Part shown: one piece after another, positions 50,695 through 60,330 of the stretch
Layout of the letters: the number at the start of each line of letters is the position of its first letter
How positions within the stretch are numbered: the stretch's first letter is position 1
DNA from: Acidobacteriota bacterium
GTDB lineage: Bacteria > Acidobacteriota > UBA890 > WLXD01
Assembly: GCA_963666055.2 (NCBI GenBank)
Contig: CAXWPH010000011.1
Coordinates: 32,001 to 96,000 of the forward strand
Reading direction: 5' to 3'
Length of the DNA stretch: 64,000 nucleotides
The notes under the pieces: generated by a model
What the model was told of the DNA's origin: nothing
The model's input: only the letters and a program-made list of their open reading frames with translations
Database searches by the model: none
Position numbers and translations under genes: made by a program

Positions 50695-51687
50695 CTACTC
50701 GCCGGGCCCCGGCAGGCTCTCGAGAATCTCCGCCAAGATCGTGTCGGTGTCGATGCGGTCGGCCTCGCCTTCGAAGTTGAGCAACACGCGGTGTCGCAGG
50801 GCCGGCATCACGTTGGCACGGATGTCTTCCGCCGCAACGTGCACTCGACCATGCAGCAACGCGCGGATCTTACCGGCAAGCACGAGCGCCTGGATGGCGC
50901 GCGGCCCGGCGCCGTAGCGCACGTACCGCTCGGTCTCGTGCACCGCGTGCTCCGAGCCCGGATGCGTGGCCAGGGTGAGCCGAATGGCATAGTCCTGCAC
51001 CGGCTTGGAGATCGGCACCGAGCGCGCCGTCTTGCGCATCTCGACGATCTGCTCGCCATCGAGCACCCGCGTCACCGTCGGCTCATCGGCCTGCGTCGTA
51101 CGGTCCATGATCTCGTGCAGATCATCGACGCTGGGGAAGTCGAGCTTGAGCTTGAACAAGAAACGGTCGAGCTGCGCCTCCGGCAAGGGATACGTCCCTT
51201 CCATCTCGAGCGGATTCTGGGTAGCGAGCACGAAGAACGGCTGCTCCAGCTGGTAGGTCTCGCGGCCCACCGAGACGCTGTTTTCTTGCATCGCCTCCAG
51301 CAGCGCCGACTGCGTCTTCGGGGTGGCGCGGTTGATCTCGTCAGCCAGAACGATGTTGGCGAAGATCGGCCCGGGCTGGAACTCGAGATGCCGCCCACCA
51401 TCCGGCGTTTCGTGCACTACGTTCGTTCCCACGATATCCGCAGGCATCAAGTCGGGGGTGAACTGGATGCGGTGGAAATCCAGGTGCAACACGTCGGCGA
51501 GTGTGTGCACCAGCTTGGTCTTGCCGAGCCCCGGTATGCCCTCCAGCAGCGCGTGACCTCCGGCCAGGAGGGCGGTCAGGATCCCGGCGATCACCTCGTC
51601 GTTGCCGACGATGACCTTGCCGATCTCGTCCCGGACGATCTGGAACCGTCCCTGGAAGCTCTCGATGCTCTCTTCGACTTCGATCAT
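50695..51687 (-). CDS. moxR: MoxR family AAA+ ATPase
   Basis: EGIPGLGKT, RIQFTPDLMPAD, LADEINRATPKTQSALLE, EGTYPLPEAQLDRF. Confidence 0.95.
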   Translation of the reverse strand: MIEVEESIESFQGRFQIVRDEIGKVIVGNDEVIAGILTALLAGGHALLEGIPGLGKTKLVHTLADVLHLDFHRIQFTPDLMPADIVGTNVVHETPDGGRHLEFQPGPIFANIVLADEINRATPKTQSALLEAMQENSVSVGRETYQLEQPFFVLATQNPLEMEGTYPLPEAQLDRFLFKLKLDFPSVDDLHEIMDRTTQADEPTVTRVLDGEQIVEMRKTARSVPISKPVQDYAIRLTLATHPGSEHAVHETERYVRYGAGPRAIQALVLAGKIRALLHGRVHVAAEDIRANVMPALRHRVLLNFEGEADRIDTDTILAEILESLPGPGE

Positions 51688-52985
51688 CGTCCTTCGTCTT
51701 CTTTCTGGTTGTCACGGGCGCGCAGTGTCTTGAAGTACGACCGCACGAGATCCCGGTAGCTCCACGGCACGGTCTCGGTCTGCATGAGCTCCTGTTGGGC
51801 GAACTCGCTGGGCGACTCCACGGTCTGAAACTCGAGCCGCGACTGCTCAGCCTTGATGACGATCTCCTCCTTCTCCTCGATCTCCTCCTCGCCTTCCTCC
51901 TCCGACATTGCCAGGATCTCGCGCTGCAGCTCCACCTCCAAGGTGCTCAGCTCGCCCTGCACCAGATCTTGTTCCTCTCCGCCTTCGCGCGTCGCATGCC
52001 CAACCTCTTCCTCACCCAGTTGGGGCTGGTCGGCCGCATCCGTACCCTGCTGCAGGAACACCTCGTCGCCGCCAGGCAACGTGGTGCCGCTTTCCTCGGT
52101 TGATTCGCCCTGGCCCTCCTGCTGACTGGCGTTTGGGTCGGGTGCCTGCTCACCTTCGGTATCGGCGGGGATGTCTTCTGGGTTCTCGACCTGAGTCTGC
52201 TCGCCTTCCTCGCCTGCCTCCCCCTCTTCGCCGGCCTCATCCCCCTCGGTGAACGCGCCGTCGGGATCTGGCCCCTGCTCCTCCAGCGCCGAGTCCTCCT
52301 CGAGCGCGTTCTCGGCCGTCTCCCCTTCGTCGCCCGGCTGCGGCATGAGCAGCTGCTCGTCGGCAGCAGGGGCTGGTGGCTCATCGGGCCGCGAAGCGGG
52401 GTCGGCGGCCTCTTCCAGCGCTGTCAGCGCCTCCATGCTCTCGTCGACGGGTTCGCCGGCTGATGCCATATCGCTCAATCGATCAACGACGTTCTCGAAC
52501 ACCCGTGGTACAGGCAAGAGCGCCACGGCCAGCAAGCCAGCGAAGCAGCCGGCAGCCAGGCCTAAGCGCCGCGGACGACGAACCGGTAGCAGCTTACCGC
52601 CGTCCAGCGCGCGGGCAGTATCCGCGGCGCGCTCGATGTGAAGTCCCACCCAGTCGTCCTCCAGCGGGTGACGTACGAACCAGTAGGCTGACGTCAGCTC
52701 GTCGGTCAGGTCGGCAGCCTCGTCGGCGCGCGCAGCAGCCTGCCAGAGCGGTATCGGGCGCGCGCAGCGCATGATGATCCGTACCGCGGCAGCGACGGCG
52801 ACAAGCGCGAAAAACGGCCACCCCAGGACGATCTGGAGGGGCATGGTGACGTTCCACAACGCCATGAGCAACCAGGCCGCCAGCGCACCGCCGACGGAAT
52901 CAGCGAGCTCCTGTAACAGCCGGTTGGTCCGGGCTCGGCGCACCAAATCGCGCAATAGGCGGAGGATCGATGTGGAGTCGGGCAT
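51684..52985 (-). CDS. Membrane protein with long acidic low-complexity region (first gene of the MoxR operon)
   Basis: Three TM segments, E/G/Q-rich linker, C-terminal VPWSYRDLVRSYF. Confidence 0.8.
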   Translation of the reverse strand: MPDSTSILRLLRDLVRRARTNRLLQELADSVGGALAAWLLMALWNVTMPLQIVLGWPFFALVAVAAAVRIIMRCARPIPLWQAAARADEAADLTDELTSAYWFVRHPLEDDWVGLHIERAADTARALDGGKLLPVRRPRRLGLAAGCFAGLLAVALLPVPRVFENVVDRLSDMASAGEPVDESMEALTALEEAADPASRPDEPPAPAADEQLLMPQPGDEGETAENALEEDSALEEQGPDPDGAFTEGDEAGEEGEAGEEGEQTQVENPEDIPADTEGEQAPDPNASQQEGQGESTEESGTTLPGGDEVFLQQGTDAADQPQLGEEEVGHATREGGEEQDLVQGELSTLEVELQREILAMSEEEGEEEIEEKEEIVIKAEQSRLEFQTVESPSEFAQQELMQTETVPWSYRDLVRSYFKTLRARDNQKEDEGR

Positions 52986-53207
52986 GAGACCAAAAGGGGA
53001 CCGTTAAAAAGGCGCTTTACCCTAGCATAACGCCCCTGTTGCGCTGAGTTCATTCGACCGTAGTCTTTGCCCCGAGGCTTGCCGTACGTATACGTTCACT
53101 TCTACACTTCGCTGACTCCGTAGGTAGGGGTTAGGGGTGTCGTTTTCACCGTGTCCCGCCCGGGACGAATAGGACCCCTCCTAGAAACGTCATCGGGAGC
53201 AGGTTAA

Positions 53208-54296
53208 GTGCAAGTAGAGCGTCCGGATACCGGAATCGCCTCGATCGGCCTGGCGCTGCCGCCGCTGGCTATGGATCTCGACAGTCTCGCCGAGCTGCGT
53301 GGCGTTGACCCCGACAAGTACAAGATCGGCCTCGGTTGCGAGCAGATGTCGCTTTGCCCGCCCGGCTACGGCGTAGTCGATCTGGCAGTCAAGGCCGCCG
53401 AGCGTGCCCTGGACCGCTGGGACGGGGACCGCTCCAAGATAGGCCTGCTCGCCGTTGGCACCGAGACCGCGATCGACATGAGCCGTCCCTTGAGCGCCTT
53501 CGTGGCCGATCGGCTCGAGCTGGAGGGTGCGGTGCGTTCCTACGAGGTCAAGCACGCTTGCTACGGTGGCACGCTGGCGGTTCGACAAGCTGCCGAGTGG
53601 CGAATGTCCGGTGCCGCGGCCGACCGGGCCGCCCTGGTAATCGCCGCCGATGTATCACTATACGAGCCGGGCGATCCCGGCGAGCCTACGCAAGGTGCTG
53701 GCGCCGCCGCCATGGTCATCGAGGAACCCACCGTCGCGTCCATCGAGCCCGAGTCCCACGCCTGGAGCGAACCGCACTTCGACTTCTATCGTCCGGTCGG
53801 CGAATCGTTCCCACAAGTCGATGGGGCGTTGAGCCTCGACTGCTACAAGCGCGCCGCGGAACGTTGTTTCCACGCGTTGGTACGGGACCGCGACCCCGAG
53901 AAAGTGTTCGCCGAGCTCGCCGCGATCTGCTTCCACGTGCCCTTCCCGAAGATGGTGCGTAAGACAGTGCACCGTATCGGCGAGCATTTCGGATGGAGCC
54001 TCGAGGATATCGAGCGGCTGTTCGAACAGAAGGTGAGCCCGACCATGCTCTGGAACCGACTCTGCGGCAACGCCTACACGGCCAGCTTGTGGATCTCCGT
54101 TGCCAACGCGCTACGCGGCTTGGTGGAAGGCCAGCGTCTAGCGGCGTTTTCGTACGGGTCGGGCTTCGGGGCGGAGCTGCTAGTGCTGCATGCCGGTCCC
54201 AAGGCGATACTCGGGGAATGGGCCCGCGATGTCGAGGAAGACCTCGACGACCGCCAACAGCTGGACGGGGCGGCCTACGAGAGGCTGCGTAGCTGA
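53208..54296 (+). CDS. Hydroxymethylglutaryl-CoA synthase family protein
   Basis: KYKIGLG, GTETAID (Glu), HACYGG (Cys), EPTQGAGA, FHVPF (His), GNAYTAS, FSYGSG. Confidence 0.9.
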   Translation: MQVERPDTGIASIGLALPPLAMDLDSLAELRGVDPDKYKIGLGCEQMSLCPPGYGVVDLAVKAAERALDRWDGDRSKIGLLAVGTETAIDMSRPLSAFVADRLELEGAVRSYEVKHACYGGTLAVRQAAEWRMSGAAADRAALVIAADVSLYEPGDPGEPTQGAGAAAMVIEEPTVASIEPESHAWSEPHFDFYRPVGESFPQVDGALSLDCYKRAAERCFHALVRDRDPEKVFAELAAICFHVPFPKMVRKTVHRIGEHFGWSLEDIERLFEQKVSPTMLWNRLCGNAYTASLWISVANALRGLVEGQRLAAFSYGSGFGAELLVLHAGPKAILGEWARDVEEDLDDRQQLDGAAYERLRS

Positions 54297-54376
54297 GTCG
54301 ACTCGCGCTAGCTCAAATCACTGGTGTTGCCTGCCGACGGTGCTGCAGCCCAGACGCAGCATGAGAGGCTCAGGCT

Positions 54377-54445
54377 ACTCCCGACAGCACGGTGAAGGTG
54401 CTCTACTTCGGCCTGGCGAAAGCCTACGAAGCGGACGGCACCGCC
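54377..54445 (+). pseudogene. Tiny remnant of a Ser/Thr protein kinase (subdomain VII)
   Basis: TPDSTVKVLYFGLAKAYEAD resembles VKVLDFGLAK. Confidence 0.5.
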
Positions 54446-54493
54446 GCACATAGACCAACAAGTTCACCGGTGCCACGGCTCAAGGAGAGCACT

Positions 54494-55561
54494 ATGAGGT
54501 TGATGCGTGTGTCCGTCCTGCCAGTCGCCGTCGCCGTGACGGCCCTACTCTTGGCCGTTCCGAGCGTTGGACAGGTCGCGCCCGTTGAATTCGCACTGCG
54601 AGCGGCGGATGTCTACCTGGCGAACCCGGCGTCAGAGACTTCGGGGCCGCCTGCGCACATCAACTCGGCGCAGGTTGGCTGGGAGAACGTCTGGTTCTCA
54701 GGGCAGGGGGCGGCATCTGGGGGGCCGTCACTGGGCGCCACCACGCGCTGGAATGTGGTCATTGGCGGCGTCTCGATTCCCGACGACGACCTGCGGGTAG
54801 GCCTCTGGGAACTCGCGCCACGGGCGATCTACGCCGGTCACCTGCACCCGGTACCGGAGTTCTACGTCGTCATCGACGGGCAGGCAGAGTGGACCCTCGG
54901 CAATGAGACCTTCCTCGCCGAGCCCGGCGAAGTGGTCTACATCGCCCCGAATACGATGCACCGGATGGTGAACCTGACGGACGATCTGGTACGGGCGGTC
55001 TGGGGCCGCTGGGCTCCGAACGGCGACCGGAGCGTGTTCGAGGGCGAGTTTCGGTTCGTGGAGCCGCTTCCGGAGCAACCACCCGGGGCGGGGTTCCGGG
55101 ACGTCAGGGCAGTAAGACCGCGCTCGGGCGCTGGGGGTGCTCCCCCGCTGCTCCACCCCGGCTACCTCAGCAACCTGGCGGAGTCTTGCGAGCCGAGGCC
55201 GTGCCGGCGCTCAGCAGGAACTCTGGAACCCATACTCGCTCCTCGCGAACTCTCGTGTCGCCAAAATTCGCAGTGCCAACTTTGTGCCGAAAGTAGGGGT
55301 TCAGACTCCACTTTCACGCCCCTGTACCCCCGAGAACAGGCTGTATTTGCGGGACTCAGGCTACTGGATGTAGCCGAGATCTCGCAGCTCGCGTCGCAGC
55401 GCTTCGTCCAGCTCGATCGGATCCGCGTCGGCCAGCGCCGTGTGGCTTCGAATCACCGCCAGGTTGGCGTCCAGCGCCGCCTTTACATGCGGGTACTCGG
55501 CCGACACGTCCCGGCGCTCGATCGGATCGACTGCCAGGTCGTACAGCGCGCCATCGTATAG
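54494..55561 (+). CDS. Secreted cupin domain protein (DMSP-lyase-like motifs); the C-terminal extension after about 55100 is probably spurious
   Basis: AAGGAG SD, signal peptide, HLHPVPEFY and PGEVVYIAPNTMH cupin motifs. Confidence 0.75.
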   Translation: MRLMRVSVLPVAVAVTALLLAVPSVGQVAPVEFALRAADVYLANPASETSGPPAHINSAQVGWENVWFSGQGAASGGPSLGATTRWNVVIGGVSIPDDDLRVGLWELAPRAIYAGHLHPVPEFYVVIDGQAEWTLGNETFLAEPGEVVYIAPNTMHRMVNLTDDLVRAVWGRWAPNGDRSVFEGEFRFVEPLPEQPPGAGFRDVRAVRPRSGAGGAPPLLHPGYLSNLAESCEPRPCRRSAGTLEPILAPRELSCRQNSQCQLCAESRGSDSTFTPLYPREQAVFAGLRLLDVAEISQLASQRFVQLDRIRVGQRRVASNHRQVGVQRRLYMRVLGRHVPALDRIDCQVVQRAIV

Positions 55562-56773
55562 CTTCCAGCGCGCCGTCCGGATCGAGGTCGGCAGCGCACC
55601 CACGTAGTCGCGCTGGCTGACGGCGAACACTACGTCGGTGCGCCGATTGAGCACGCGATCCATCAAGCTGCGGCCCTCGAAGGGCTGAGCGGTATCGATG
55701 TCGAGCAAGTCGACCATCGTGGGCAATATGTCGATACCGCGCGCCACTTCGCCGAATGTCTGGCCACCATACCGCGAGCCCGGCAGCTTGATGAGCAGCG
55801 GTACCGTCAGCAACTCGTCGTAGAGCGTCCACGAGTGCCAGCCATGACGGCCTCGCTCACCGAACTCCTCACCATGGTCAGAGGTGAACACGATCAACGT
55901 GTTCTCGTAGAGGTCGCGTTCCCGCAGGTATGCCAGCAGATCGCCGAACGCAGCGTCCATGTTGCGAATCTCGCCATCGTAGGCGGCGACGATGTGGCGT
56001 CGGTCCTTCTCCGAGACGCGCAAACGCACCGGGTTCTCGAAAACCGAGCGCAGATATTGCAGGCTGATCTCATCGCCAAGGTCGCCCTCGTAGTCGGGAT
56101 CGAACACTTGCAGGTACTCGCGCGGCGGCGTGTACGGTGTATGCACTTCATAGGTGTGCAGGAAGAGGAAGAACTGCTCGTCGCCATACTGGTCGAGAAA
56201 CCGCTTCCCTTTCTCGACGATGTCGCTGAAACGCGACGCGTGGGTCATTTCCTGCTCGAACGAGTCGTAGACGTCGAAGCCCTGATCAACGTTGTACTTC
56301 TCGTGCATCTGAGCGCCAGCGGTGAAACCACCGGTGCGGTACCCCGCCTGGAAGAGGATCTCGGCCATGGTGACAGCGTCATCAGGTAACGGCCGTTCGG
56401 TGGAACGAAAGGCGCGATGATGCTCGGGGATCATCGATGTGAAAATCGAGGCGTGCGAGGGCAGCGTCGAAGGCGCCATGGCGATGGCATGCTCGAACCG
56501 CACGGCATCGTTGGCGAACGAGTCAATGTTTGGAGTCGTATCCCGCTCATAGCCGTATACGCCGACGTGATCCTGCCGGAGCGTGTCGATCGACACCAAG
56601 ATCACGTTGCAGTCGTCGCAACGGTAGTTGGACGATGCCCAACTCAGCCCCCCGTTGAGACTCCTCGCCAGCGCGTAGGTAGCCGGCAGATCCACCGCGT
56701 CCGCCGCCTGCAAGAGCAAGAGCAGCACGGCGGCAGTGCAGATCCGGGTCGAGCGACTGGCCGGACGAGGCAT
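55361..56773 (-). CDS. Sulfatase-like hydrolase
   Basis: SIDTLRQDH, STLPSHASIFT, HTYEVHTPY, YDGEI, TSDHGEEF, VPLLIK. Confidence 0.9.
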   Translation of the reverse strand: MPRPASRSTRICTAAVLLLLLQAADAVDLPATYALARSLNGGLSWASSNYRCDDCNVILVSIDTLRQDHVGVYGYERDTTPNIDSFANDAVRFEHAIAMAPSTLPSHASIFTSMIPEHHRAFRSTERPLPDDAVTMAEILFQAGYRTGGFTAGAQMHEKYNVDQGFDVYDSFEQEMTHASRFSDIVEKGKRFLDQYGDEQFFLFLHTYEVHTPYTPPREYLQVFDPDYEGDLGDEISLQYLRSVFENPVRLRVSEKDRRHIVAAYDGEIRNMDAAFGDLLAYLRERDLYENTLIVFTSDHGEEFGERGRHGWHSWTLYDELLTVPLLIKLPGSRYGGQTFGEVARGIDILPTMVDLLDIDTAQPFEGRSLMDRVLNRRTDVVFAVSQRDYVGALPTSIRTARWKLYDGALYDLAVDPIERRDVSAEYPHVKAALDANLAVIRSHTALADADPIELDEALRRELRDLGYIQ

Positions 56774-56949
56774 GGTGCGGCGCGTTCCGACTCACGGTGA
56801 GGCGCGGCCGGCGGTGGTGAGTGCGTCGCCAGCGCGTTTGGAACGGGAGGATACAGCCCTGATTCTAGGCGATCGTCTGACGCCACGCACCTGCACGATG
56901 GCCTCGGCTGGAGAGCCTACTGGTGTCGCGCGGCGACCCTGGGCTCGAG

Positions 56950-58260
56950 TCAGCCATTGCTCGATCGCAATGTCGTGAGCGGCAACCGGGCGTATGGATT
57001 GATGTCGTGGGCTGCGTCCTGGTGGCGGCGAGCCTGCTCCGGCTGTCCGAGAGCGTCGGCGATGGCAGCGGCGTGCAGGTGGAAATCGGCTCGGCTGGTA
57101 CCGAATCGCAAAGCCATGGCGCTCGCCTTGGCCGCCTCGACATGCTCGCCCGCGGCATGCAGAGCCCAGGCCAACGTGTCGTAGGCTTCTACATCGCGCC
57201 GGGTTTCCAGGTCACGGCGCGCCCGCCGCACTGCCTCCGACGGGCTCAAGCCGCGATCAGCCAGCAGCCGCGCCATCGGACGGTCCTCCGCCGTTCCGCC
57301 GGTTCTTCCGACTTCAAGCGCGGCGGCGAAAGCCGCCTGGGCTTCGAGTACTCGGCCTTCGTGTCGGTACAGATCGGCAAGCGCCGCCAGGTGCTCGGGG
57401 TGCGGGAGCCGCGTCACAATCGACTCGTAGCTCTCGATCGCCTCGCCGATCGAGCCGTCCGCGGCCAAGAGACGAGCGCGAGTCACCTGCGCTCGGAGAT
57501 CTGACGGCTCCAGGCGGAGCGCGGTGTCAGCGGCGATCAGCGCCTCCTGATGACGCCCCCGTCGGAGGTGGAACTCTGCCAGCCTGAACAGGTACCAGGC
57601 CATTTCGGACCGCGGCACATAACGGGCCTTGGCAGCGCGAGCGGCACTCAGCAGCAGCGCGAGCGCCTCGCCATCGCGACCGTGGATCTCGGCGAGATCG
57701 GCCTGTCGTGCCAGGACGGCCGGCCCGGCGTAGGTCGAGGTAATCTCGTCGAGAAGCGTGTCCGCTTCCTCGTAGTCACCGCGGCCAATGAGCGCGTCGA
57801 ATAGCACTGCCCTCGCCCCGGTCCGCTCCGGCCACTGCTGGATGAGCGCTGTTGCCAGCTCCGCACCCGCGGCAAACCGATGCTGCGAGTTCAGCACGCG
57901 CGCCAGCGCCAGCTGGGCCTCGGCATACTCGCGCCGCAATACCAACGCTCGCCGCAACGCCCGCTCAGCAGCGATGTAGTAGCGCTCATCCCCGGACTCC
58001 CGTGCGTGGCGTGCCTGGAGCGTTGCCAGCATGTAGTGACTGTTGGCGCTGCGGGGATGTTCGCCGACGCGCTGCTCGAACGCGCCCAAGTGGGTGACAG
58101 CCGGATCCAGATGCGGCAACGGCATCGCCTCCGGGCCGGCAACTTCGTCGACAACCTGCGCCAGCGTCGGCACGCCCGATGCGTCGGGGATAAGAGCGGC
58201 CAGAGCACATGCTGCTGCGGTAAGGACCACGGCGAACAACGCTCGAATCGGTGGTTTCAT
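56950..58260 (-). CDS. Tetratricopeptide repeat protein, exported
   Basis: Signal-like N-terminus, Ala-rich TPR helices, YDTLAWAL. Confidence 0.85.
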   Translation of the reverse strand: MKPPIRALFAVVLTAAACALAALIPDASGVPTLAQVVDEVAGPEAMPLPHLDPAVTHLGAFEQRVGEHPRSANSHYMLATLQARHARESGDERYYIAAERALRRALVLRREYAEAQLALARVLNSQHRFAAGAELATALIQQWPERTGARAVLFDALIGRGDYEEADTLLDEITSTYAGPAVLARQADLAEIHGRDGEALALLLSAARAAKARYVPRSEMAWYLFRLAEFHLRRGRHQEALIAADTALRLEPSDLRAQVTRARLLAADGSIGEAIESYESIVTRLPHPEHLAALADLYRHEGRVLEAQAAFAAALEVGRTGGTAEDRPMARLLADRGLSPSEAVRRARRDLETRRDVEAYDTLAWALHAAGEHVEAAKASAMALRFGTSRADFHLHAAAIADALGQPEQARRHQDAAHDINPYARLPLTTLRSSNG

Positions 58261-58336
58261 CAGCTGCCTCCGAAGATTCCGGCCCTGTCGGTCGACCAGC
58301 AACGCCATCGCTGATCGACCGACCAGCGGGAACGGC

Positions 58337-58372
58337 CTAGCAGGCCGCGGTGGAAGTGTGGTGGCCTGCTAG
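58337..58372. repeat. CTAG-family repeat, palindromic copy
   Basis: CTAGCAGGCC...GGCCTGCTAG with 10-bp arms; supplies the TAG stop of the DUF4331 gene. Confidence 0.7.
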
Positions 58373-59367
58373 TGAGCTGCCGCCAGATAGGGGAACTTCG
58401 CCAGGAACGGAACGTCGTTAGCGTCGACGCAGTCGCCCGGCAGCGCCCCGGCGGTCAACAGGCCGAGCTCGGCGTCGATGACATCGTCGGCGAGCTGGCG
58501 TCCGTTCAGAAACCCACCCGCGGCCGCTGGATCGAACGGCATGATGTCTGGCAGCAGCACACCGGTAAGCGCCACGGCGGTCGGGGTAGTGTTGCCGCCA
58601 GCCTTGAAAGCTCTGCGCAGGAATCGGCTGAAGGTGGCGGGGTCGTCGACAGGATTCCCGGCGTTGTAGCGGTTCTTCTTGTTGCTCGGTATGAAGACGG
58701 TGTTGATTGCCGGAAAGGCCGTGCGATCGATGCGGGTACCACCAGAGCTGGTGGTCGCCCAAACGCCGATGGCACCATCGCCCAGATCACTTGCCGGTAC
58801 CTGCAGGACGACGGCGTTGACGTTGAGCCCGGCGAAGAAGTCCGTCTCGCCACCATCGCAGAAGCTGCGTCCGCCGCTGCCCAGGAACGCATCGAGATCG
58901 AAGAAGAAAGGATCGTCCACCAGCCCGGCAAAAACTCGGCCACCACCATCGAACTTCGTCGACGACCCGGTGTTGCCAGAGGCAACGGTCTTGCCATCGC
59001 GGGTCACAGTGTACGACTGCCTTTCATTGGCACCCGGGGCATCGAACCGGAACGTGAGCTCGATGTCCGCGAGAGCGTCGCCGTCGTTGTCGACCAGGAT
59101 CGTGTAGTCGACCGACGGATCGAAGCCGACGGGGCCGAACACGCCGGCCGCCGGGTTGGAGGTCACCGCAATGGTCACCTGTGCCCCACCACCGGGCGGA
59201 AAGACGAACAGATCGGCCAGATCGGCCATCAGATTGCCCGCCGGAGGCGACAAATCGGGGGCATCGAGATGATCGGCGGCCTCGGTCGAGGACTGGCCGG
59301 CGAGAACGAACAACACGACCGCCAGGACCAGTCCCACGGCGGCACCGAGCAAGGCTAGCTTGCGCAT
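58369..59367 (-). CDS. DUF4331 family secreted protein
   Basis: Signal peptide then ADHLDAP, DLADLFVF, FAGLVDDPFFFD, NGRQLADDVID, FPYLAAAH. Confidence 0.88.
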   Translation of the reverse strand: MRKLALLGAAVGLVLAVVLFVLAGQSSTEAADHLDAPDLSPPAGNLMADLADLFVFPPGGGAQVTIAVTSNPAAGVFGPVGFDPSVDYTILVDNDGDALADIELTFRFDAPGANERQSYTVTRDGKTVASGNTGSSTKFDGGGRVFAGLVDDPFFFDLDAFLGSGGRSFCDGGETDFFAGLNVNAVVLQVPASDLGDGAIGVWATTSSGGTRIDRTAFPAINTVFIPSNKKNRYNAGNPVDDPATFSRFLRRAFKAGGNTTPTAVALTGVLLPDIMPFDPAAAGGFLNGRQLADDVIDAELGLLTAGALPGDCVDANDVPFLAKFPYLAAAH

Positions 59368-59415
59368 GAGGCGACTCCTCTTCCGGAGGTTGGCTGAGTT
59401 GCTTCCTACCTCCAG

Positions 59416-59442
59416 TACGCCGCGGCGCCGAGATCGGATCGC
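59416..59442 (-). promoter_or_regulatory. ECF promoter for DUF4331-TPR
   Basis: GCGATCC-GATCTCGGCGCCGCGG-CGTA (ATCC-N16-CGTA); twin copy upstream of the sigma gene. Confidence 0.7.
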
Positions 59443-59535
59443 CGGCGCGCCGATGAAGATGGTGGCGGCGAGCAGTCAAGCTCCGGATCAGGCGCCAGCC
59501 GACCCGGGCGCTGCTAGTAGCCTGTAGTCAGGCCA

Positions 59536-60330
59536 CTAGTTGTCGGAGAAGCCGCCCACGAGGAACGGCGTCGTGGTGGGCTGCAAAGAGCCACCGGCCG
59601 GCTCGTCGGTCACCGCGGCCAAGTCGAAGGTCGCCCCAGCCGGCATGGCAAACGAGAGCGCCGCCCGCTGTGTGTCGCCGGGGTCGAAGGTACCCAGGCT
59701 AACCGGCGCCGTTCCAGCAACGGTATCGATTCCCCATACCTGGTACGTGCGTCCAGCAGGCGCAGCCACCAGGTTGAACGCGGTAAGCACCGCCACGTCT
59801 TGACGTCGGTTCCAGTAGAGCCTGGCCGACGGCGCCGCGTCGGTTGCAGTCAGCGTCGCAGTGACGATATCGGCGTCGAGCAGCGCGTCGAGCAAAGCCC
59901 CCTGACGACCCACCTCCAGCTGGGTTTCCGTCAGCTGTTGCCTGGCGCCGTCGAGCTCGGCTCCAAGGTCGAGTCGTGCCTGGCGCTCGAACCAGTAGCC
60001 GGCGCCCGCTGCTATTGCGGCCACCGAGGCAGCTGCGAGCAACCACCTGGTCAAGCGGTGAGGCGTCTCCGCTATAGACGTGTCGGCGCGGTCAGCCTCC
60101 GATTGCGCGGCGGCCGCCTCATCCAGGATCCGCTGACGAAGCGCCGACGGTGGCCGCACCTCTGGAGCGGCGAACGCCAGCGACCCGGCCGTGGCTCGGA
60201 GCTCGGCAACCTCGCCGCGGCAAATCGCACATTCGGCGAGATGCTCTTCGAACCTCAGCCGTTCGTCTGCGTCGAGCGCGTCGAGAGCGTACGCCGCCGC
60301 CGCATCAAGCCATTCGTGACGTTCGCTCAT
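59536..60330 (-). CDS. RskA-type anti-sigma factor with zinc-binding (ZAS) motif
   Basis: AYALDAL, HLAECAIC (HxxxCxxC), TM, YQVW, AVTDEPAGGSLQPT. Confidence 0.9.
   Translation of the reverse strand: MSERHEWLDAAAAYALDALDADERLRFEEHLAECAICRGEVAELRATAGSLAFAAPEVRPPSALRQRILDEAAAAQSEADRADTSIAETPHRLTRWLLAAASVAAIAAGAGYWFERQARLDLGAELDGARQQLTETQLEVGRQGALLDALLDADIVTATLTATDAAPSARLYWNRRQDVAVLTAFNLVAAPAGRTYQVWGIDTVAGTAPVSLGTFDPGDTQRAALSFAMPAGATFDLAAVTDEPAGGSLQPTTTPFLVGGFSDN

Noticed and set aside
51900-52450. Low-complexity E/G/Q-rich stretch as a repeat element
   Set aside because: It is an ordinary disordered acidic linker in a MoxR-operon membrane protein.
45337-52985. MoxR-DUF58-VWA operon as a novel system
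   Set aside because: This is a well-known, widespread arrangement; only the junction and MIDAS oddities are reported.
55180-55350. Possible tRNA fragment or attachment site downstream of the cupin
   Set aside because: No cloverleaf or T-loop consensus, and no integrase or matching direct repeat in the window.
56440-56480. Sulfatase lacking the C/S-x-P-x-R motif (TLPSH)
   Set aside because: This variant is common among sulfatase-like proteins and is not unusual on its own.
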